DNA of 59,777 nt from a virus (lineage: Duplodnaviria; Caudoviricetes): the IMG/VR virus record IMGVR_UViG_3300044825_002288, positions 1 to 59,777 of that record, one strand, 5' to 3'. Below are positions 54,286 to 59,777 of this stretch, in pieces. Under the pieces are notes generated by a model, which saw nothing but the letters and a program-made list of their open reading frames with translations, ran no database searches and had not been told where the DNA came from. Within the stretch, counting starts at the first letter, position 1, and every line of letters starts with the position of its first letter. The position numbers and the translations under genes are program-made.

Positions 54286-55205
54286 GCGGAATTATGCTTT
54301 CATTTGTTGGAGCATCTGGAAAACTACCTCTAGATGTTGAGGCTCTAATTGTGGCTGGTGGCGGTGGCGGTGGGTGGGCAGGCGGTGGCGGTGGTGGAGG
54401 TGGATACAGAACAAGTAGTGCTACTTTATTAGCAAATACTAACTACACGGTTACAGTTGGAGCTGGCGGGGGAGGTGGATTTTGCGTTGGATTTGGCCCT
54501 AGAGGAGCTAGTGGATCAAATTCAGTTTTTAATACGACAACTTCAGCAGGCGGTGGAGGTGGTGGCGGTAGAGGGTATCCAGGTTACCCTTGTTGCATTC
54601 GCGCTGGAGCAAATGGTGGCTCCGGCGGAGGAGCAGCAACAAGTAATTGTTCGTGGTCTGGCGGAACAGGAAACACTCCAACGCAAAGTCCATCGCAAGG
54701 AAATAATGGTGGCAATAATGCAACAACTTGTAGAACTGGAGCCGGCGGAGGCGGTGGGGCAGGCGGTGCTGGATCTAATGGAGGAACATTTTCCGGAGGA
54801 AATGGTGGATCTGGATCTACATCAAATATATCTGGTTCTTGCGTAACTTATGCCGGTGGCGGTGGCGGCGGTGTTATTGCTTTTCCAACAGTGTCAACAA
54901 CAACATCTGGAACAGGAGGTTCCGGCGGAGGAGGCAATGGAGCGGCAACAAGCGGTTCTGGTAATGGCTCTAATGGCACAGCAAATCGTGGGGGTGGCGC
55001 AGGCGGTGGAATTCAATGGAACAATTCAGGGTCTCCAGTTAATAGCAATGGAGGAAACGGGGGATCAGGAGTTGTAATTCTTAAATATCCAAGCGTTTAT
55101 TCGATTTCAAATCCTGGTGGAGGTCTTACTTTTTCAACTACAACATCAGGTGCAAATAAAATTAGTACATTTACTGCCGGCACTGGCAATGTTTCGTGGA
55201 GTTAG
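54282..55205 (+). CDS. Gly-rich adhesin-like protein (third type)
   Basis: GTGA overlap; LIVAGGGGGG...Y.VTVGAGG...GGSGVVILKYP glycine-rich domain. Confidence 0.8.
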   Translation: MSGIMLSFVGASGKLPLDVEALIVAGGGGGGWAGGGGGGGGYRTSSATLLANTNYTVTVGAGGGGGFCVGFGPRGASGSNSVFNTTTSAGGGGGGGRGYPGYPCCIRAGANGGSGGGAATSNCSWSGGTGNTPTQSPSQGNNGGNNATTCRTGAGGGGGAGGAGSNGGTFSGGNGGSGSTSNISGSCVTYAGGGGGGVIAFPTVSTTTSGTGGSGGGGNGAATSGSGNGSNGTANRGGGAGGGIQWNNSGSPVNSNGGNGGSGVVILKYPSVYSISNPGGGLTFSTTTSGANKISTFTAGTGNVSWS

Positions 55206-55207
55206 CA

Positions 55208-55594
55208 ATGGCTCATTACGCATTTCTTGATAAAAATAATATTGTAGTTGAAGTTATTGTCGGAAAAGAAGAGAACGAAGACGGAATTGATTGGGAAAAG
55301 CACTATGAAAATTTTCGTGGTTTAGCGTGCAAAAGAACTTCATATAACACCCAAAAAGGAATCCATAAATTAGGAGGAATTCCTTTTAGAAAAAATTATG
55401 CTTGTATTGGATATAAATATGATGCTGAAAAAGATGCTTTTATCCCCCCAAAGCCTTTTAATTCGTGGGTTTTAGATGAAACAATTGGAGGTTGGATTCC
55501 ACCTGTTGCAATTCCAAGCGATCATGAACAAGGAAATCCACCCAAAATTTATATTTGGGATGAACCAACAACTTCTTGGAAAATAGTGGAGTAA
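55208..55594 (+). CDS. Partner of the Gly-rich protein (MAHYA...; RKNYA.IGY.YD...DAFIPPKP)
   Basis: Directly follows the Gly-rich gene; N-terminus resembles the MRYAII partners. Confidence 0.7.
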   Translation: MAHYAFLDKNNIVVEVIVGKEENEDGIDWEKHYENFRGLACKRTSYNTQKGIHKLGGIPFRKNYACIGYKYDAEKDAFIPPKPFNSWVLDETIGGWIPPVAIPSDHEQGNPPKIYIWDEPTTSWKIVE

Positions 55595-55596
55595 TT

Positions 55597-56292
55597 ATGG
55601 GCAAGAAAAAAGTATGTAAGGCCGCCGAACAGGTAAAAGAAGTTGTGCAAAACACACAACTAAATGTTGCCTTTCACTTTCCTTGCCCAATCTACCTGAT
55701 TGAGCGTCCAGACTTCTTAGAAGCCGTCAATAAGGTTTCAGAAGAATCTTTGGAGAAACAGCGCAAAGAACACAAGATTGACGAAATCTATCCTGTTTTA
55801 ATGAGCGAAAACTTTTACGCTGATGAGCGGGTTCAACCTTTTGCCCAATTCGTAGCCGCTACCGCATGGAATATCCTCAACGAGCAGGGATATGCCATGC
55901 AGGACAAGGTGACCTCCTACATGGAGATGTGGACTCAGGAACACCATAAACAGTCCTCTATGGAGCAGCATACACACGGGTACGGATCTCAGATCGTAGG
56001 CTTTTATTTCCTTGAGGTTCCTGAGAACTCCTCTCGGGTGGTCTTTTATGACCCACGGGCAGGAAAGGTTCAGATCGATCTACCTGAGACCGATGCCTCT
56101 CAGGCTACCGTGGCAAGCAAGATGATCAACTTTGAGCCAAAACCGGGGCTGATGATTTTTACTAACGCTTGGCTAGCCCACGCATTTACCCGCCACGCCG
56201 CCGATAAACCGATCAAGTTTGTGCATTTCAATCTGTCGGTTCAGATGGCCCAGCCGGTTCAGGCGCCTATGCCCGCAGCGGAGATCGTATGA
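55597..56292 (+). CDS. Putative 2OG-Fe(II) oxygenase (TIGR02466-like)
   Basis: FPCPIY, HTH...IVGFYFL..P, F.DPR, PKPG...F..WL.H and FN motifs. Confidence 0.75.
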   Translation: MGKKKVCKAAEQVKEVVQNTQLNVAFHFPCPIYLIERPDFLEAVNKVSEESLEKQRKEHKIDEIYPVLMSENFYADERVQPFAQFVAATAWNILNEQGYAMQDKVTSYMEMWTQEHHKQSSMEQHTHGYGSQIVGFYFLEVPENSSRVVFYDPRAGKVQIDLPETDASQATVASKMINFEPKPGLMIFTNAWLAHAFTRHAADKPIKFVHFNLSVQMAQPVQAPMPAAEIV

Positions 56293-56546
56293 ACAAGTAC
56301 TCAATCCGCTTTAACAAAACCCGTGGTCAGCCCGGTCGAGGCACGATGGATCATGTTTGGCGTGTGTTTGAAAACGGCAAAGAATACTTATTTAAGAACT
56401 TAGATATTTCAGTTCCCATCAAAAGTGAAAAAGATGAGAACGGTGTGGATTACAACATTTGTTGTACGGGGTACTTAGAGATTGACCGGGAGTCATCCAC
56501 GGCGGTCATTAAGGCTACTGTCAAAACTGCTTTAACGATGGAGTAA
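56289..56546 (+). CDS. Hypothetical protein
   Basis: ATGA overlap; its 3' end is repeated at window positions 1-59. Confidence 0.7.
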   Translation: MNKYSIRFNKTRGQPGRGTMDHVWRVFENGKEYLFKNLDISVPIKSEKDENGVDYNICCTGYLEIDRESSTAVIKATVKTALTME

Positions 56547-56549
56547 ATT

Positions 56550-57713
56550 ATGGCAGCAACTATTAACGGCGACGGACTGATAACGCTTGACGGTACATCA
56601 ACCACTCAGGGTCGAGTAAGACTTGCTGAGGATACCGACAACGGTACTAACTATGTCGAATTACAGGCGGCAGCCAATATTGCATCAAATGTGACCTTTA
56701 CCTTGCCTAGCGCAGACGGCACAAGTGGTCAGGTACTTCAGACGAATGGCTCAGGAGTTCTGAGTTTCGCTACAGCTGCCGGTGCCAACTTACAAGAATT
56801 TACCTCTTCAGGAACCTACACCAAACCCTCTGGTGCAACCTTTGTGCTTGTAGAGGCATGGGCAGGGGGTGGTGGTGGTTCCTCTGGTCGTCGAGGAGTT
56901 AATGGTGGTAAATCTGGCGGAGCAGGCGGTGGTGGCGGTGCTTATGTTCAACGACTTTTTAAAGCAGCGTGTGTAGGCTCAACAGAAACTGTAACTGTTG
57001 GTGCTGGTGGATCTGGTGGCGCAGCAAGAACAACAAATAATACTAATGGCGCAACAGGCGCAATTGGAGGAAATACTACATTTGGTTCTTTATTAACTGC
57101 CTACGGAGGTGGTTTTGGTTGTGGCGGTCAGCAAAATTCTGGGACATCAGGCGGTGGCGGCGGCGGGTCTTTGGGTCAGGGTGGGCAAAACTGTGGTGGT
57201 GAACCAATTAGTAGAAATTGTGGTACGAATACAACTGCCTTTGGACAATTTGGTGGTGCTAATGGTGGGGTAGCTCCTAGCGCATCAAATGGACGGCCTA
57301 GTGGATGGGGTGGCGGCGGTGGTGGTGGTAGTGCTTCAGCCGGTAACGCTGGTAACGGTGGGTCTTCTTTTCAAGGTGGCCCAGGAGGTGGCGCAGGAGG
57401 TGGAACTGCAACTTGTTTGTCATTCGGTGGAGGGCCGGGAGGTGGAATAGCGTGTGGTAGCGGAGGTGGCGGAGCTGGCGGTGCTGCCGCAGCAAGTCCA
57501 ACTTCTAATGGTGGAAATGGAACCGCTGGATCTGGTCGTCGTGGTGGCGGTGGTGGTGGAGCTGGTGGATATACATCAGGCACAGGCGGAACCGGAGGAG
57601 CAGGTGGTCAACCCGGCGGAGGTGGAGGCGGAGGTGGTGCTTCAATAAATTGCCACAACTCGGGTGCAGGTGGTGCCGGAGGCGCTGGTTTAGTTCGCGT
57701 CTACACTTGGTAA
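56550..57713 (+). CDS. Gly-rich tail fibre/adhesin protein (B1)
   Basis: A1-type N-terminus, A2-type TYTK/FKAACVG segment and A2-type 3' end. Confidence 0.8.
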   Translation: MAATINGDGLITLDGTSTTQGRVRLAEDTDNGTNYVELQAAANIASNVTFTLPSADGTSGQVLQTNGSGVLSFATAAGANLQEFTSSGTYTKPSGATFVLVEAWAGGGGGSSGRRGVNGGKSGGAGGGGGAYVQRLFKAACVGSTETVTVGAGGSGGAARTTNNTNGATGAIGGNTTFGSLLTAYGGGFGCGGQQNSGTSGGGGGGSLGQGGQNCGGEPISRNCGTNTTAFGQFGGANGGVAPSASNGRPSGWGGGGGGGSASAGNAGNGGSSFQGGPGGGAGGGTATCLSFGGGPGGGIACGSGGGGAGGAAAASPTSNGGNGTAGSGRRGGGGGGAGGYTSGTGGTGGAGGQPGGGGGGGGASINCHNSGAGGAGGAGLVRVYTW

Positions 57714-57722
57714 GGAATAGAC

Positions 57723-58082
57723 ATGAGATACGCAATCATTAAAGACGGCGTTGTTGAAAACATCGTAGAAGCCACGCCTGAAGTAGCAAGTGAAAACGGA
57801 TGGGTTGAATGCCCTGAATATGATGATGAGCAAAACGCCATCGGTTCAAGATTCTTGTTTTCCAACAATAAATTTACTAAGCCTCCGAGAAACATAGAGG
57901 CTGAGTGGAACGCTGTCCGCGCCCAACGAAATGCTTTGTTAAGCCAGTCGGATTGGACGCAGGCATCTGATGTTCCGCAGGCAACAAAGGATAAATGGGC
58001 TGTGTATCGACAAGCCCTAAGAGATATTCCTCAAACATTTTCAGATCCAAAAGATGTGGTCTGGCCTACTAAACCGGAGTAA
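57723..58082 (+). CDS. Tail fibre assembly chaperone-like protein, type Y
   Basis: Differs from 2768-3127 at 4 residues. Confidence 0.8.
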   Translation: MRYAIIKDGVVENIVEATPEVASENGWVECPEYDDEQNAIGSRFLFSNNKFTKPPRNIEAEWNAVRAQRNALLSQSDWTQASDVPQATKDKWAVYRQALRDIPQTFSDPKDVVWPTKPE

Positions 58083-58085
58083 GAC

Positions 58086-59252
58086 ATGCCATCAACCATA
58101 AACTCAACAACCACCGGATCTGGTGGACTTATTACGACCGGAGATAGCTCTAATCAACTAGAGCTTCAGACCGGGGGTACTACTCGACTAACTTTAAACT
58201 CATCAGGTGCTATCGGTGTTGGGTCTACCCCATCGTATGGAACATCAGGTCAAGTATTGACATCTGGCGGCTCTGGTGCTGCACCGACATGGGCAGCCGC
58301 CGCTTCAGCTAATTTCCAAGAGTTCACATCCTCTGGTACATGGACTAAACCATCCGGTGCAACATTTGTGATGGTCGAAGCATGGGGTGCAGGAGGTGGA
58401 GGTGCATCTGGTCGCAGAGCAGCCGCTTGTAATATTCGAGGCGGTGGGGGCGGTGGAGGTGGAGGTGCGTATCGTTACAAACTTTTTAAAGCCTCTGATC
58501 TTGGAGCTACCGTTACGGTAACCATCGGTGCAGGTGGTGCTGGCGGAGCGGCAATAACTGCAAATTGCACTGACGGCAATCTTGGAACCGGTGGAGGCGA
58601 TTCATCTTTTGGTTCGCATTTAGTTTCTTATGGTGGTGGCGGTGCAGCTCAAGGTGGAGGCTCAGCTAACGCACAAGGTGGTGGAGGTGGTGGTGTTTTA
58701 AGTGTCGGTGTGCCTGGTGCTTGCAGTAATAGCGGCATAGGAGGCGCTCCGTGGCTAGCGGCAACGAGTATTCGTGCGCAAGGGTTTGGTGGGGGTCAAG
58801 GACAAAATGGAGCTAGTGTAGCACAAACTGCAGCTGGTGCATGGGGTCAAGCATCAGGTTTTGGCGGCGGTGGTGGCGCACAAGGACTGGGTAGTTCAAC
58901 GAATATTAACGCTAAGGGTGGTTCATCTGCTTTTGGTGGGGGCGGGGGTGGTAGTGGTGGTCATATGACCAGTGATAACACTCTTTACAATGGCACAGAC
59001 GGTGGATCTCAGACAGGCACCGGTGGTGGGGGTGGAGCTGGTGGTACAGGACAAGGCACCGCAGGTACCGCAGGTACTTCAAACTTTTTTGGTGGCGGCG
59101 GCGGTTCTTATGGAAATACAGCAGCAGCCGGGGCCGGTGGAGCCGGAGGTATTGCAGGCGGTGGTGGTGGAGGTGGCGGCTCAACCAATGGATTTAATTC
59201 AGGCGCAGGCGGAGCAGGCGGCGCAGGTCTTGTCCGTGTCTATACATGGTAG
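58086..59252 (+). CDS. Gly-rich tail fibre/adhesin protein (B2)
   Basis: A2-like extreme N-terminus, A1-type TWTK/FKASDLG segment and A1-type 3' end. Confidence 0.8.
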   Translation: MPSTINSTTTGSGGLITTGDSSNQLELQTGGTTRLTLNSSGAIGVGSTPSYGTSGQVLTSGGSGAAPTWAAAASANFQEFTSSGTWTKPSGATFVMVEAWGAGGGGASGRRAAACNIRGGGGGGGGGAYRYKLFKASDLGATVTVTIGAGGAGGAAITANCTDGNLGTGGGDSSFGSHLVSYGGGGAAQGGGSANAQGGGGGGVLSVGVPGACSNSGIGGAPWLAATSIRAQGFGGGQGQNGASVAQTAAGAWGQASGFGGGGGAQGLGSSTNINAKGGSSAFGGGGGGSGGHMTSDNTLYNGTDGGSQTGTGGGGGAGGTGQGTAGTAGTSNFFGGGGGSYGNTAAAGAGGAGGIAGGGGGGGGSTNGFNSGAGGAGGAGLVRVYTW

Positions 59253-59260
59253 GTGATCAA

Positions 59261-59500
59261 ATGAGATACGCAATTATTGAAAACGGAGTTGTGATCAATG
59301 TGGCCGAGGCAGACGCAGAGTTTGCCGTGCAACAGGGTTGGGTTGAATGTCCAACCGCAGGCCCGGGATGGACTTATGCAAATGGAGTGTTTACAGCACC
59401 TCCTCCTGCTCCAATCCCAGAGCCTCCTCCTGCTCCGACTAAAGAGCAGCTTATGGCTGAACTTGCAGCACTAACAGCAAAAATCCAAGCACTGGAGTAA
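59261..59500 (+). CDS. Adhesin partner, type X
   Basis: Differs from 1226-1465 at 2 residues. Confidence 0.7.
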   Translation: MRYAIIENGVVINVAEADAEFAVQQGWVECPTAGPGWTYANGVFTAPPPAPIPEPPPAPTKEQLMAELAALTAKIQALE

Positions 59501-59503
59501 GAC

Positions 59504-59767
59504 ATGGATAAAGACTTTCCTGATCTAACAGGCGATGGTAAGGTAACCCGAGCTGATGTTCTCAAGGGCCGTGGCGTATTCAAAAAGGGCGGCAGCACTG
59601 ACAAATGGATTCAGAAAGCCATTTCTAAACCGGGTGCCTTAAAAAAACAATTGGGCGTTCCTGCCGACAAAAAGATTCCTGCCAAGACCCTAAATAAGGC
59701 CGCCAAGGCTCCGGGGAAACTAGGCCAGCGAGCTCGACTCGCCAAGACATTGCGGGGTTTCGATTGA
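59504..59767 (+). CDS. Small basic protein (allele of 3131-3394)
   Basis: 2 aa differences and many synonymous changes. Confidence 0.8.
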   Translation: MDKDFPDLTGDGKVTRADVLKGRGVFKKGGSTDKWIQKAISKPGALKKQLGVPADKKIPAKTLNKAAKAPGKLGQRARLAKTLRGFD

Positions 59768-59777
59768 ATGGAATGGC

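Larger units (their letters stand above)
56488..59777. repeat. Imperfect terminal redundancy, copy B (alternative allele of 1-3404)
   Basis: Same flanks as copy A; different mosaic interior. Confidence 0.95.

Noticed and set aside
56488-59777. Invertase-driven shufflon (Mu G-segment type) or exact direct terminal repeats
   Set aside because: All modules are on the same strand, no recombinase or flanking inverted sites were seen, and the two ends are too divergent internally to be packaging-generated DTRs.
1-59777. Stop-codon reassignment
   Set aside because: The standard code gives dense, full-length genes, and TAA, TGA and TAG all terminate confident genes.

Overview
The window looks like an essentially complete ~56.4-56.5 kb tailed dsDNA phage genome with podovirus-like gene content: portal, Mu gpT-like major capsid protein, adaptor/nozzle and ejection proteins, and no sheath or classical tape measure. 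The host is unknown; a Gram-negative proteobacterium is an inference. The contig overruns the circle: 1-3404 and 56488-59777 are two different, mosaic versions of the same locus, each with two Gly-rich adhesin genes and a small partner gene after each, and the partners are in swapped order. Layout: adhesin cassette A, lysis genes, tail and ejection genes (to 18.8 kb), a short leftward recombination operon, divergent promoters, a Cro/YdaU/DnaB-like/RusA replication and nin-like region with a C5 methyltransferase, terminase, portal, GroES, scaffold and capsid, head completion and fibres, a (Gly-X-Ser)n fibre followed by three glycosyltransferase-type genes, more fibres, a 2OG-Fe(II) oxygenase, and adhesin cassette B. 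No integrase, CI repressor, polymerase, tRNA, CRISPR or reverse transcriptase was recognised. Most interesting signals: (1) a [MLYF]xxGG peptide tag shared by at least 7 otherwise unrelated proteins, often at module boundaries (candidate capsid-cargo targeting or processing system); (2) the shuffled adhesin/partner cassette; (3) a Ser-periodic fibre translationally coupled to glycosyltransferases (candidate virion glycosylation); (4) apparent ACGT avoidance; (5) a nested alternative-frame gene in the methyltransferase; (6) a pseudoknotted RNA after the capsid gene. All family assignments come from motif recognition by eye, not from database searches.
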